Assembly (NCBI RefSeq): GCF_009914755.1
Contig: NC_060947.1
DNA: 64,000 nt
Source: the human T2T-CHM13v2.0 reference genome, Homo sapiens
Strand: one strand, 5' to 3'
Shown here: positions 30,727-50,500 of the stretch, one piece after another
How the letters are laid out: each line of letters opens with the position of its first letter
How positions within the stretch are numbered: the stretch's first letter is position 1
Translations under genes and position numbers: made by a program
Notes under the pieces: generated by a model
Database searches by the model: none
What the model was told of the DNA's origin: nothing
Seen by the model: the letters and a program-made list of their open reading frames with translations, nothing else

Positions 30727-31430
30727 TGAAACCACCACTGAAAAATTATAACAGAGACAGTGAAAGAGATCTGACCTGCTGACTCCATCTTGTTTCTAGC
30801 TTCCAAGCTATCCTTTTTCATTCCTGAGCCGAGGCTGAACTAACTTTGATAGGAACTAGTTTATAGTTTCCCTTTGAAACAAGGATGACAACAGTCCTTT
30901 CTCAAAACAAACCCCCTTCCTACCTGGAGACTAAACTGCTTAAAGCCACAATATTAGAAATTATGGTTCAGGATTCATGCAGCTGGAGGCTGCAAGATTC
31001 TAAATCTCCCCAAATTGCTACTAAGGGTAACAACACTATTGTAAAATTTAAAATCAGTGCTTGAGATATTTTGCAGACTCTGCACTCTATGGATCAGCTG
31101 GCACCACCCAGATTGATACACTGGCTCATCTAGTCTTGTGGCCCCCACCTCGGTCCTAACTTAGCCCAAGAGGACACCTTCTACTCCCTATGATTTCATC
31201 TTCAACCCAGCCAATCAAAACTCCCAACTCACTGGCTCATTAACCACCAAATTGTACTTAAAAACTCTGATCCCTGAATTCTTGAGAAGACTGATTTGAA
31301 TAATAACAAAACTTCAGCCTTCCACACAGCTGGCTCTGTGTGAATTACACTTTCTTTATTGCAATTCCCCTGTCTTAATAAATCAGCTCTGGCTGGGTAG
31401 TGGGCAAGGTGAAACTGTTGGGTGGCTGCA
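30727..31430 (+). mobile_element. LTR8-like solo LTR with 4-bp TSD
   Basis: TG..CA ends; tgaaacc..gagacagtgaaagagatct; GTTA on both sides (30723-26, 31431-34). Confidence 0.88.
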
Positions 31431-31981
31431 GTTATTTCCCTGTCAACTATTTTATAGCCTGTGAATTTTAGGTGTTTACCTAAGTAAGAACCTTAAGATT
31501 AACTAAATAATTTAAGATTTAGCAATTTTTATGAAACCAATATTAACATCATATGTATCAAAAATTACAGAAGCAAAGATTATTCTGTTCTGGGCTTGGT
31601 TTATAGTTTTGTAACCCTTCTGCCAAATTTTGACACCTTATAGTATTTGACAGGGATAACTGTGAAATTGCTTGATCAATAAATTCAAACAAAAATATAT
31701 GCTGGAAATTCTTAAAATATTTCTAATATTACTTTACCAATAATTTTAAAGCTAGCTTATTTATTAAAATTTTTACTTAATTCACAAAAATGGGAAAAAG
31801 CCTTTGACGGGTCTTTTCCTTTTTTTCTGATAAAGTATTTGATTTAAGTGCTTTTATTTTTCTTAAGCCAATTAATTAGAGTGTTGTATGTTTTTATTAG
31901 TGAAACATTATGTACACAGCTCATAGATACATAGACATATTAGGAATGGTGATAGAAGTACATCTTATAGATTCATAAGAC

Positions 31982-34323
<2,342 letters not shown>

Positions 34324-34566
34324 TAAGACCTTTTTTTCACACTTTCAAAATGATAACCTATTTTATTACCCTAGGTAATTGTCAGCTAAATAACCACAAA
34401 TTTTCATATTGAAGAAAATAACCCTTAGGTGAAAAATTAGATAACAAAAACGTACATCTCAAAGTAAAGAGAGAAAAAGTCTGGTGTGCTAGAGGGAAAT
34501 CAAAACCAGCTTAATTGCCATTTAAACATAAAATAGAAATCTATCATAAAGGCCTTTTAAATATAT

Positions 34567-34598
34567 ACACACACAAACACACACACACTCACACACAC
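34567..34598. repeat. Interrupted (CA)n repeat
   Basis: acacacacaaacacacacacactcacacacac. Confidence 0.8.
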
Positions 34599-36498
34599 AA
34601 ATTCTGTAACTTTTACTTCAGAACTCTAGCCATGAGATATTAATACAAATTTACTGGCTTTCAAAAACAAAATAAAGAGGTCGGGTCCAAACTGTGGTTT
34701 TTATCTCAGTAGAAAAGTAACAGCAGATTTAAAGCAGGCAGAAAAAAAAAATAGAGAAAAAGAGAATTTAGGAACTCTATAGTTTACAGATTGACCTTAG
34801 GGCTCTTTTTCCTTGATGTTAATGTGCACAAAGACCATAATATTTCTATTTTTCACAAACTTTAGCAAGTAGAAGTGCCATAAAACCAACACGGTACCCA
34901 AAAGGAGGTCATTCTCCTTGTTTTCTCCTCATTATTACATAATTTCTTTTCCACTGTTTCTTTTTCTTAAAAGAAGGAACTGAGTTGTCATCTAGGGTTT
35001 TTGTGGACTGGGTTGAAGTGTGTGCTTGTTGCCAGTGGGAGGCCACAGTGTGTTACCACTGAGTCATTGGCACCCTCTTATGTGTTTTGTCTCTAAGCAT
35101 CTCCAGGGAGGCACAAAGCATGTAGTGGCCAGCTCCCATACGCACTTTCTGGATGAGCCTTTTTAAAACTAATTCTGTTGGTGTTTCCCTGTAGGGCCAT
35201 TGCACATCATGGCGGGTAAACCCACTAGACACTCCCATGAGGCTCCAGGTCACCCAGGGGTATCTTTCAGCTGGGAGGAGTAAAAGGCATTTTCTGTTTG
35301 GAGCTGAGGAAACTCAGTCTTTATTTACCTATGAAAACAACAGGTCAGCTCCTCACATAAATGCACACAGACAAGCCACACTGAAATTAATTTGGGGAGA
35401 AAAAGAAATGGAGAAAACCCTTTATTGAACTAGAATTAGAATTCTTAAATAACAACTTTCTAGTAGGAAAAAAGATAGCCAAGACCACTTGCTGTAAACT
35501 GTCCTCACCCACCCCTATACTTTGTAGCTCTCATCTGCCATTACACACGCCAGGCTCAAATCCTTTCACAGTACAACGTACTCTCTGGTACCCCCAGAGT
35601 CAAAAAGGTCAGGTAATGCAGTACAGGAAAGCAGAACTTTAGACCGAAGAAGAATCTGCCCATGACTCTTGAAACTTCACACACACACGCAGAACAGAAC
35701 ACCCCAAAAGGGGTAAGTGGCACCTTTGTTTTTCAATTCTTTAAATGGGTTTGAGTCATTAGAAGGCTTCTCTAGATTTTTCCTGGTACTGAAGATGGCA
35801 AAGGGAGAAGGAGGTATATGATAGAAGAAAAGTAAATGAAACAACATTTTTTTTTAAGATGGGATGCAAACACAGCAACCAAGTTCATGGTTTTGTCTGT
35901 TGTTTTCTTTTTCCTCTCTTTTGCAGCTGTGAGGAATTTTAACCAATTCAGTGAGATCTCATTACCCATAGTTTGGAGTTCTCATTCGGATTTGACCAAA
36001 TTAGGTAGAGTTGGTTAAATCTGATAGAAGAAAGACCAGAATAAACAATAACAAAACAAACAAACAAACAAGAATATGATCACTGAGAGCTCTAATGGTA
36101 AGGAGAAATTTAGACCAGTTTGTTGTTAATATTAACTTTAGCCAAGACAAAACCCCAATTCATCTACTTACCTAGGGATGGGTCTCAGGCTAAAGACTGC
36201 TCTCTAACATCCTAGAAGCAGGAAAAAACTCAAACTCACCTTCCCTGTTTGAAGTGAGCTCAAACTCCATAAAGAAGTTATCTGCCTTCCATTGTCATGG
36301 AAGCAGGGAAACTTGCCTTTTTTGTTGGAAGCAAGTAAAACTCCAAAAAAAGGAGTTGTACAGCAAAATAAACTTTAGATCTTGACCAAATCTGGGGACA
36401 TCAGGGATTCTCTGAGGGGCGGGGCGGGGCGGCGGGGCTTCCAGGCCTCAGCAAATTGTCCTATTTGTTTGAGCCATAAAGATAGCACAAGCTGGTTC

Positions 36499-37191
36499 TG
36501 TTACTGGTGGAAGAGATCCAAGTTACTCTGAGTTATCAGTGGTGTATCGATGAGGGTCTGCAGCAACTTCAGTCCTTGCCTCCTCAGAAGAAAGAATTAG
36601 ACTGAGGGGCATGAAGCAGGAAAAGAGACCGAGGCAAGTTTCAGAGCGGGAGTGGAAGATCATTTCAAAAGGCTTTAGAACAGGAAAGAAAGGAAAGGTC
36701 ACTTGGAAGAGATCTAAGAGGGCACCTGAAGATCAAAACAGAGTCAAAAAGGAGCGTTTGATCTTGATCCTAGGACTTTATATGCTCACTTCTTTCCCAT
36801 GACTCTTTCATTAGGGTGGACTTCCCTCATGCATAGCACCCTCTTTACCCTTGAGAACTGAGCACGCGCAGTTTGTCCGAAGAGTTGTATTCATGCTCAT
36901 CTGAGGCTTTCTTCCCTTTTTCCAGTGGAGTGTACCCGGAACATCATACCTCACCACTTTGTCTCCTAGTGCACATGCCCAGGAACTTTCTTTTCCCTGG
37001 CATCTGCATTCAATTAGCACTTTTAATGTTAATAGCTGTGAATCATCACGAGATTATCTCTCCTTGTGGCTGCTGAAGTACTATTTTTAGAGAAGCAGTG
37101 TGATAATCATCAAACTGTCACCTGACATTCATACTGGGTCAGGGGAGAGCCCTCTTCTTCCCTGCTCATGCCTGTCTAACTACCTGTAACA
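36499..37191 (-). mobile_element. MER50-like solo LTR inserted in the ERV leader
   Basis: TG..CA ends; reverse complement starts tgttacaggtagttagacaggcatgagc; TSD gttc/gtac with 1 mismatch. Confidence 0.8.
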
Positions 37192-37262
37192 GTACCAAGC
37201 ACCAATAGATTTGTGAAAGGTCAGGGACACCTCTAGTCAAAATCCCTTCATAGTTACCAACA

Positions 37263-37730
37263 TGTGAACCTCCAAAATCTGAGACGTGTCTTAGTCAATT
37301 TAGAAGGTTTATTTTGTCATAGATAAGGATGTGCGCCCATGGCACAGCCTCGGAAGTCCTAAGGACATGTGCCCAAGAAGGTCAAGGCACAGCTTGGTTT
37401 TATACCTTAGAGGGAAACATGAGACATCAATCAATATATGTAAGATGAATATTGGTTTGGTCTAGAAAGGCGGGACAACTCGAAGCAAAGAGGGGAGAAC
37501 TTAAGTAGGGGAGGGGCTTACAGGTCACAGGTAGATAAGAGACAAATGGTTGCATTTTTTGAGTTTCTGATTAGCCTTTCCAAAGGAGGCATTTAGACAT
37601 GCATTTATCTCAGTGAGCAAAGGATGACTTTGAATAGAATGTGAGGCAGGCTTGTCCTAAGTAATTTCCAGCTTGACTTTTCCCTTTACTTTAGTGATTT
37701 TGGGGTCCCAAGATTTATTTTCCTTTTACA
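37263..37730 (-). mobile_element. MER4A/MER4A1-like 5' LTR
   Basis: Reverse complement starts tgtaaaaggaaaataaatcttggaccccaaaatcactaa and ends ggttcaca. Confidence 0.85.
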
Positions 37731-39204
37731 AAACAATAATATTATTCATGGGATAAAGCTCATAGAAGGAAATCTCAACCTAATAAAAAATTTGCGAAAG
37801 CCACAGTTGCAGTGATTTGTATCACTTTCCACTAGTGTGAACTAGATCGTCTTTAAGGTGATAGAGTAAGACTATTAGAGAAGCAGCAATTATAAAGCTC
37901 AAAGAAGCAGCTGGTTGCCAAATAAGAATATAAATGACATAATCGTAAGTTAAATACATTTTTTCATTAATACATAATGTATTTGTATGCACCATTACTT
38001 TTTCAGTTTCAAAACCTCGTTGGAAATTGGATGGTTTAAATATTCCCCATTCAAAAAGAACATAGAGAAATGGAGAGCAGAAGCAACCTACAGTGACTGA
38101 CTGCAAGAGAGACAAACGAATGAATTTCTTCACTAGCAGAAGAGCTGAATATGGACAACATCATTGAAATAGACAGTGATATTTTATTCATCAAGAAACA
38201 GGGGCAGCAAATTCTTCTCAGGGGAAATTGGCAAAATATTAGTTCCTATTGCCAGTACTGGTTTTATTCAGAGGTAAAATAAATTTTTTAAACTTTTTAA
38301 GTTTTTAGTATATATTAACAACTACATTGAATCGATGTTTTAGACTGCTTTCATTGCAGAGCAAGTTAGAAAAAATATGAGTTTCAAAATACTTAGAATG
38401 ACTTTTAAAGAAACCTATCATGTAGGCATTGATTTTATGTAATCAGTTCCATAATTTATGAAGCTTTTACTATGTAGCAGCCACTGTTATGGACACTGTA
38501 TGAAGGATGGCAAAGACACAGATAAAACTTCCCCTCATGGTGCTTACAGTGTATGGGAAATGCCATTTTGTGCCTTTTTTAAAAGATTGTGTTGATCTAA
38601 CCTTCAAATCTCATATCCCACGGTAGCAGAATCTACTCAATTTTTTTTTCAGGCCCAGAATCTTAAGGGAGCCAGAAATCTTCAAAAAATCTTGTAGTTA
38701 GTCAAGTAAAATGAAGTGAGTGGCAGGTCAGAGGATTGACTCCACTGGAATTATTTCAAGGAGCTTTTCAAAGTACAAATTTCAAAGGTCTCTTACTTTG
38801 TAGTTTATGATTCCCAGAGAACCCAGATTTTTAAAACATGCTCCCCGGGTGATAATGATTCCCAATAAGATAAGAGAAACAGGATTCCAGTTTGTTATTC
38901 AGGAACATACTTTACCTCAATTTTTATTCTGTTTGTTACCAAATCTAATGATTGGAATTCTACTTCTGCTTCCTTACTTATCAACCTAATAGACATTCTT
39001 CAATTTTCTGTCCTTGCCTTGCCTGAATTTAAATCTGTACATCAGGACTAGTACAGTCTGAAATGTGGCATTAATTTTTGAAACTTCTCAGTCATCTGAA
39101 GCTTGTATTCTATTCCTGAGGCCCCTTAATTTCTGGCTCTTAGCATCTTCTAAAATGACAGTATGTCTGCCTATTGAGATTCAAGTTTCTGTTCTGAGAG
39201 ACTG

Positions 39205-40484
39205 TGTAAACCAAAAGTAAAATTCGAAGGCCCATAGCAATCTGAATGCACTTCCTCCTAGGTCAGGGCACTCTATTTTTAACCTGAAATACGGGCTCAG
39301 GCCATGACAGAAAGTGGGGGTTAGACATGCCTCATTATACCTCTCCTGGCATTAACATCAACACAGACTGTAAGTCTCATACAAAACATTTGCAATCTAT
39401 AATCTCAGAACCCTGCTATCTGGAGGCTTTATCTGCATAATAAAGCTTTGGTCTCCATAACCTCTTATCACAACCCAGATATTCTTTTCTATTTGTTAGT
39501 GGTGGTGAATCCATATGGGTCTGTGGCAACCTCAATTCTTGCCTCCTCAAAAGAAAGAATTTGACTAAGGGGTATAAGGCAGAAGGAGAGACTGAGGCAA
39601 GTTTTAGAGCAGGAATGAACATTTATTAAAAATCTTTAGAGCAGGAATGAAAGAAAAGAAAGTACACTGGGAATATGCGCAAACAGGCAACTTAAAGAAC
39701 AAGCGCAGGGTTGACCTTTCGACTTGGGGTTTTTTATGTTGATGTACTTCCGGGGTCTTGCGTCACTTCTCCCTTTATTCTTCCCTTGAGGCAGGCTGCC
39801 TGCATGTACAGTGGACTGCTAGCACTTGGGAGGTAAGCACGCGCAGTGTATTTACTGGAGTTGTGCGCATGCTCACTTGAGGCGTTCTTCCCTTTACCTG
39901 CAGAATTTCCCTGGAAGGTCATACTCTGCCATTTTGCCTCTTAATGCGCATGCTTGAGCCAATTTGCCCAACTCCTAAGATCTTATCAAAAAGCTGCTAA
40001 GAACCTGTTTCAGGTGTTTTCTATCTGTAGGGAGACTATCTTTCCCTGGCACTGGCTGCAACCTATTATTATTTTAGAGAGGCAGCGTGACAACTGCTTG
40101 ACCATCACCTGATAGTCGCCTGACTTTCCTGGTGGGGTGTGGGAGCCCTCTCCTGCCTTGTTCATGTTTGACTAGCTACCCACAGTGAGATATTGATAAC
40201 TCTTTCAACCAACTGCCAATTAGAAAAATTTTAAATCTGCCTATAACCTGGAAGCACCCACTTCAACTAGTCCTGCTTTTCTGGAACGAACCAGTGTATA
40301 TCTTAAATGTATTTGATTGATGTTTCATGTCTCCCTAAAATGTATAAAACCAAGCTGTACTCCAACTACCTTGGGGACATGTTCTCAGGATGTCTTGAAG
40401 GCTGTGTCATGGGCCATAGTCACTTACATTTGGCTCAGAATAAATGTCTTTAAATATTTTAGAGATTGACCCTTTTCGTTGACA
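39205..40484 (+). mobile_element. MER4B/C-like LTR interrupted by a MER50-like LTR
   Basis: tgtaaaccaaaagtaaaattc ... ttttcgttgaca. Confidence 0.8.
39494..40190 (-). mobile_element. MER50-like solo LTR with TATT TSD
   Basis: Homologous to 36499-37191 (cttgcctcctca.aagaaagaatt.gact.agggg); TATT at 39490-93 and 40191-94. Confidence 0.8.
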
Positions 40485-40649
40485 CCACTTTTTCTAGATT
40501 TTACTGAGAACAGAACAAATATCATGAAACTCAGAATTACATAGTTAACCCCATATCTTAGTTGTTGGTGTCTCTTGGGTGCCATAATCAGTTTAAATCT
40601 TGCAAGAAGTAAACATACTGCTTCATTGTCAGATATTTTCTAGTATACT

Positions 40650-41590
40650 AGAAGGTGAGAAGAGCTATAAAAAATAGAGAATGCTAAAAGAATGAGAGTT
40701 ATAGGGTTAATAGTGTGGTTAGTAAGGGTTGGGCCTCACTGAAAAGGTGAAGAGAGCGAATGAAGAAGGTAGATATCTGGAGGAAGAGCTTTCCAGGTAT
40801 AGGTGATTGATAGTGTAAATATGCTGAGGTAGAGACTGCCAGGCATGTTCGAGAAATAAAGCCAGTTTGACTGGAGTGTATTGAGAGAAGAATACAGAAC
40901 TGGAATATGACGTTAGAGAGAAAATGGGGATCACATTGTGTAGGACCTTGGTAAAGAATCATAAGGACTTTGGCTTTCATTCTGGTTGAATCGAGGAATC
41001 AATGGAGGGCTTTGAGCAGAGAAATATTTCATGGATCTTTCAAAAGGTTCATTCTGGTTTAGTTGTGAATAAATTGTAAAGAAACAAAAGTGGAAGCAAA
41101 AAGTCCAGTTAGGAATCAATGACAATAATTCTGGTAAAGAACGGTTATGAAAGTGACCATGTGATGTGCATATGATGAGATTCTGCATAAATTATGAAGG
41201 AACATATACAAGATTTCATTGATGGATTCTATCAAAGAGATAAAGAGAGGAGTAAACAATAAGGTCGGTGCTTTTGGCCAGAGAAGCTTGAAAACTGGGG
41301 TTGCCAATAACTGAGATGGAGAAAGCTATGAGCAGATCAGGTTAAGAGGATTGGTGATAAATGATTTAGTTTTCATATATTAAGTTAGATATGTCTATTA
41401 GAAATTCAAGTGAATATATGGTATTGGCGTAAAAGGGCGAAACAATAGCTTAACATTTCTAGTTTTGGTAACTGGTAGATGGTAGTATTATTCACTGAGA
41501 TGAGGGGTCCAGAGAAACTGAAGAATGAATGGCAAGTGACAAAGCAGACTCTTAACTGTATTTTAGAAGCATGGCTATAAATGTCAAAGA
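40650..41590 (-). mobile_element. L2 (L2a-like) fragment
   Basis: aggactttggctttcattct..ggagggctttgagcagag..; tagatatgtctattaga..caagtg. Confidence 0.75.
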
Positions 41591-42781
41591 ATGCTTTATT
41601 TTTAAACTTTTTAAAAATTTTTTTCTTAAAATTATTGTTACATGTAGAGGTAAAGGATTCATTTATTACACTATTTTTCAACTTACTTATTTTACATAAG
41701 GGTTTTTAGACTCATTTCGTTTTCCATGGCAGTAGGGTTGTTAGATAAATTAGATAATCTAATTGTTGAATTTAAAAGTAATAATTTAACTTTGAAAAAC
41801 ATTTTATTTGTTCAACTTTTTTCTACCAGACGTTGAAATCATCATTTTATTTCATCAGATGCTTAGTTTGGGCCAATACAAATGGAGCCTCTAGTTGGGC
41901 ATGCACCTGTGATGCCTGGATGATTTACAATAATTACCTTATTACTAAGTAAGAGTTAATAACAAAAATATCAATGTTGCAAAAAGCATTCTGGTTATAA
42001 GAAACAAAACAAGCTTCTGCAAATGAGGCTACTATCAATCTATGGAAACAAGGTTCTCTGCATCTCACTGCCATCAACAAAATTCATAGTGAACTTTGGT
42101 CATTCAAGTGCTAATTTTGTGCACAGGATAATAGAGCACTGAACACCATATATCTGTAATAACAGGATTCAAGACCCCCCTCCCCTGGCAGAGTTCGAAT
42201 TACAGAAAACAGATAAAGGTGTTATCATTGGGTAGATAAGGCCACTCAAAATCTTAGATTATGCTATATAGGCATTCATGCATTTGTTTTCTGTACAAGG
42301 TTGACCTTGAACTTAAATAGTGAGAAGTGGATATTTTGACAGTGGATGTCATTGGCATGGATAACCTGCATTTTATATTAGACACAATGTCATGTGACAA
42401 TCATTATTCTCATTTTTTCAGGTGAAGAAAGTAAGGTTGAGAATTTAGTTTGCTCAGTTAAAAAATGTCAGAGCAGATAACCAAATCTAGAGTTTCTAAG
42501 TCCATATTCAATATTTTTTTATTTAACATGTTGTTTCTAATTGAATTTAGTTTATTTATGGATTTATTTGCATTTAAATATAAAATTAATGCATGCTTAT
42601 ACTAAACCTTCAAATAAAATTTGAATAGGATATAAGCCAAAAGTTGGAAAATGCCAAATTATTCAACCTACATTTACACTCTTTATAGGCAATTGATCAA
42701 TTTCCTCTTTATCTTTCAAGAATTTTTAATTTTCCATATATATGCATATATACATATATGCGTGTGTGTGTATAAAATGAT

Positions 42782-43150
42782 CTGTATTAGTTGAGATCTT
42801 CTCTGAGAAACAGATGTAAATATGCCATTACATGTAAAAGAGATTTATTTGGGAATCTCCTGTGAAAAATGAAGAGAGAGGAAGGAGAAGCAGGCAAGAA
42901 GAGCCTTTAGCCTGAGGCATGTGTGACACCTGTGACATAAAAAAAAGGAAAGGGGGAACAATTGGGAAGGAAGAGTCTCAAACCACGTAACACAGTTCTA
43001 AAAATTTATGTGTTAGACTAATTTGGAATCCCAGAAAAAGAATTGCCTATTGCAAGAGCCCCAGGTCATTAATGGCCCAAATCTAGCAGCCTCCACCCTG
43101 TTCGTCATTGCTTGGCGGCATCTCAAAGGAAGTAAGGCCTCAGCATATGA
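42782..43150 (-). mobile_element. Ancient ERVL LTR (LTR16/LTR33-like)
   Basis: tgtattag..gagaaacaga..tttatttggga; tgacacctgtga..attgggaaggaagagtctca. Confidence 0.5.
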
Positions 43151-43304
43151 ACACCACAATAAATTTAAATGTTTCACACATGGTATATGTAGGACAACTG
43201 TGCTCCCAAAAGCGGGTTCTCTTGAAGAAAGATGTGAGCAGGAAACTTTCATCACCTCCACAAAATCATGCTCTACATAATGTTCTGCAACTTAGTTTTC
43301 TCTT

Positions 43305-43490
43305 AATAATAGCAAATGTTAATCAATTTTTATGTGATGGTCCAGGTGTTAAGTACTTTACATAAATGTATGCATGTAATTATTATAGCAACCCTTCGAG
43401 TTCAGCACCATTACATAATTATGATCCTCATGTTATCGATGAGGAAACTAAGGATCAGAGAGATTAACTAAGTAGCCCAAGGTTAGGCAA
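43305..43490 (-). mobile_element. MIR SINE
   Basis: gatgaggaaactaagg.tcagagagattaa..gcccaaggtt. Confidence 0.7.
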
Positions 43491-44849
43491 CACAAAATGA
43501 CTCCTGACTAATAAGATGTGATTCCCCAATATCCAAATACAGAAGATCAGGATTTTATCATTGAAAGGTGACAAACATTTTTATCATTTATCTGCTGTTC
43601 AAGTAATAGTATAAAGTAGGTGGTAGTGTTTATTTCAGAAGCCTATATTTATTACTTACTTTATTCCAAAAGTGACTTAACACAAAACCATATATAACAA
43701 AAGGATGTGATTTTAAAATTAAAAAGTAAAAATTGTGATCATTTAAATTTTAAAAATTAAATAAAGTTATCGAATAGCATTTTTGTTGGACATAGCGGGT
43801 TGCTCATATATCTTTCTTTTCTGCTTTACTAAACAATAACTAAATTTATGTTTTAAATTAACAAAATGTTTTAATTTACAAGGACAAAGTGTATGGGAGA
43901 CATAGTACAATGGGCAAGAGATTTTATCAAATTTGTAGAAGACATAATTGAAACAGTAGCAAGTGATTATCAGAGAAAAAGTACTTCAGAGTCTCAGCCT
44001 TTAGAAGCATGAGATATTATGGACGGTGGGAGTAAGGTGGAGACTTAAAAGAGAAATTGGTTGTAGGTCTCTTTAGGTTACAATTCTCTTTATAGAGCTA
44101 TTAATCCTGCACCTCTGAAGAAGCAAAGCTTTCTCTAATAAAAGATTAAATGTATTTATGAGCTTGTATGTATGAAAGTTGATGGAGACCTTGTCTACTA
44201 TAGAAAATTCATGAAAATATTTTATAAGCCTATTTCTTTTAGAAAACTTAGAGAAATTTCAGGAGATTGATATAAAAATGCAACTCAATGAAAAGAAATT
44301 GTGTTCTCTAGGAGGGAGCCACATTATGTAATCTTGCTGTATAGTCTTCTGATGCATTAATTCACTCCAAACATAAGGTTTAAAATGTATAGACAGGAAT
44401 AGATCGCCTACATCAGAAAATTTTCCTGTCTATTATTTCTTTAAGGTAAGCTTTTAATATAAAGCATGTACATTTAAAGTGCATTTGTCCATTGACTACT
44501 ACCTTTCAAAGTCTTACCTATCCATTGCAACCTGGTTTAATCTATTTATTGAGTCAGAGATTTGCATGACAATTTCTAGAAGTGTCTGTTTACTGTATTA
44601 TTACTTTTTGGCTTGTCAGTAGATCAAATCTGGCACAAAATGAGTAGCAATATCTGTAAGTAATGATTGCCTTTGTTTATTAAAGTTATCTAAATAGGCA
44701 ATGTGGTATATCTTTTAAAAATCTGGACTATGATAAAAAGCCCTGAGTTGGAATCATAGCTTTGTTACTAACTTCGTAACTTGCATGCATGATCTTGAAA
44801 ATCATTCAATTTTTATTTATTTAAGTTGGATTAAAAATTATTAATCACC

Positions 44850-45092
<243 letters not shown>

Positions 45093-46179
45093 AAATTATT
45101 AATCACCTAGTATAGCAAGGCTTATAAGGTAATCATTAAGAGCATTAATAGCTGTACATTCTTTAATTCGAACATTTCTCTAATTTTGGGGGGTGTCTGT
45201 TTACAAATGAGAAAATTTTCGCACATGGGTGGCACACCATATCGTAACCTTCTGGCACTCAATCCTCTAACGTATTTAAATTAAAAATTCAATTCCAAAA
45301 TCAGTTACTGTTAAGCTTTATAAGGTGTTTTGGTTTGTTTTTCTTTCAAAAAAAAATAGGAGAGATGAAGATGGCTGTTTTAGTTTAAACTAATCTGTGT
45401 GTGTACTTTTACTCTTACCTGTGACTATGTGACTAATTATAATTTTATATTTTTTACCTTGATAGATATCACGTGCATTGATGTTTCCTTATGCCTAAGA
45501 TATTTTTTGTTACAAAATATAATTCTGAAAGTTATTTTGGGGTTTATAGCATACTTCAATGAGTCATTTAAGTGGTTGTGGAAAAGTTGGTAACAATAAC
45601 ATAAACCCACAGAGGTTAATTCACTTATTTGTCTCAGGCTATGTCAGCCATTTAGACTCTGCAGATGGGGTTTAAACTAGCATTGGCTTTCAGTTCAGAA
45701 ATAAAATTATGGCTCTTTGAGCCAGAAAAAGACATATGAATAGGGCAGTATAAGGGAAATAAGATTTGACGAAACAGGCTCTTAGGAAAGATAAAAGATG
45801 TGCTAGATATTGGAGCAATGTGACTTTCAAAGGGTTTTAGCTCACACTTAAATTTATAACAATAAGAAATTGAGCTTCACTCATGGGTAGAAGTAACCTG
45901 GTAAATAAGCAGCCAGCCATCAACTGAGGGTAAGAACAAATGGGCCAGGGGAAAGAGTAGACCTTTCAGGGCCAAGATCTAAAAGGTTTCTAAGAAACAT
46001 GAATGTGCCAAAAACTATTTAGGGTAGGATATTCTGAATCTTAGGAGAGAAATCTCTGGCAGCAAAACAGAAGTTTGGTGAAACAGGGATGGTGGTAGAA
46101 CTTTCTAGGGTAGAAGCCATGGGGGCATCTAGGAGGGGAAAGGGAAGAACCATTAGAAAAAGACTAAGTAGTTGAAACC

Positions 46180-46400
46180 TAATATTGATTGTATATTAGC
46201 CTAGTGTGTTAGGTATTGTGCTAGGCATTTATAAGCATTATTTTCCTTAATTATAAAACAACATAGTAAGCATTATCTTTGTTTTACATTTAGGAAACTA
46301 AGTTGACAGTCGTTAAGGGATTTGCCCCAAAGCATATAGTTGATAAATGTCAGAGACATGATTCAGATGGTTTAAATTCAAAGCTTTTCACTATACTTTT
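46180..46400 (-). mobile_element. MIR SINE
   Basis: gtgctaggcatttt..; aggaaactaag..gttaagggatttgcccca. Confidence 0.65.
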
Positions 46401-47330
46401 CTGTTACTGAGGTGTATTGGATTCTTTCAGCCTATGGGAACAAAGAAAGGAGACACAAATGCCCTGGGCCTGACCAGACAGAAAACCAGTGAGGTTCCGC
46501 AGTAGAGAACTTAATGGTTTTATACTATACATTTTGTTGTAGAAACAATGACACTAGTCAAAATATGCTGTATGAACTTGAGAATTAGGTAAAGCTGTAT
46601 TTTAGGGACAGTATTCCAGAAAAATATCAATTATATCCATAAAGGTGTGTCACTGATAAATCTCCTTAGATTGCCTGCAGTTGGTATCTGCCCTTCAGAG
46701 CTGTCTGCTTTGCTAGCATTCTCAAATTTTGAAAGTGTCTTGGAGCCTGGAAAGGAAATCCTTTTCAGTGTACACACTAATACTTTGCTGATGTCAGGAT
46801 GATCTGAGAGAAGTCACCTTTACTTTGAATGATACTTAATATCAGTTTGAAAGAGCAGCACTGTGTTTTCATGTTGAAATATCTGATAGGTAATATCAGA
46901 GGGAGAAATTAGAGAAAGAAACTGGACAAACTGTTCTTAGAGTCTTCTAAATTAAGCTTTCATAATGCTATTTCATTAGTAGGTTTAACATTAATTTGAA
47001 ATTTAGACCACAGTAAAGACAGAAATTGCATGCCAGAATTCACCAGAAATTTTCTTTAAATTATTCACACCTCAGTTGCTGTTTGTCTATTAACAGAATT
47101 TTCTACAGTTATAGCCTTTCAGGTTTGCTTTTGACTCCAGTGATATTCAATTAAATCTGGAAAAGATTTTCATTCTAATGCAAACTTGAAACTAATAAAA
47201 ATTTTAAAAATATAAACAGGAAAAAATAAGCACTGTGTATTAATACAATGCTGAATATGTTAATTAAACATGATTTAATTACAGAAAAAGCACAGACTAC
47301 TTATGTTACATAGGAGATATGTGACTTTGA

Positions 47331-50500
<3,170 letters not shown>

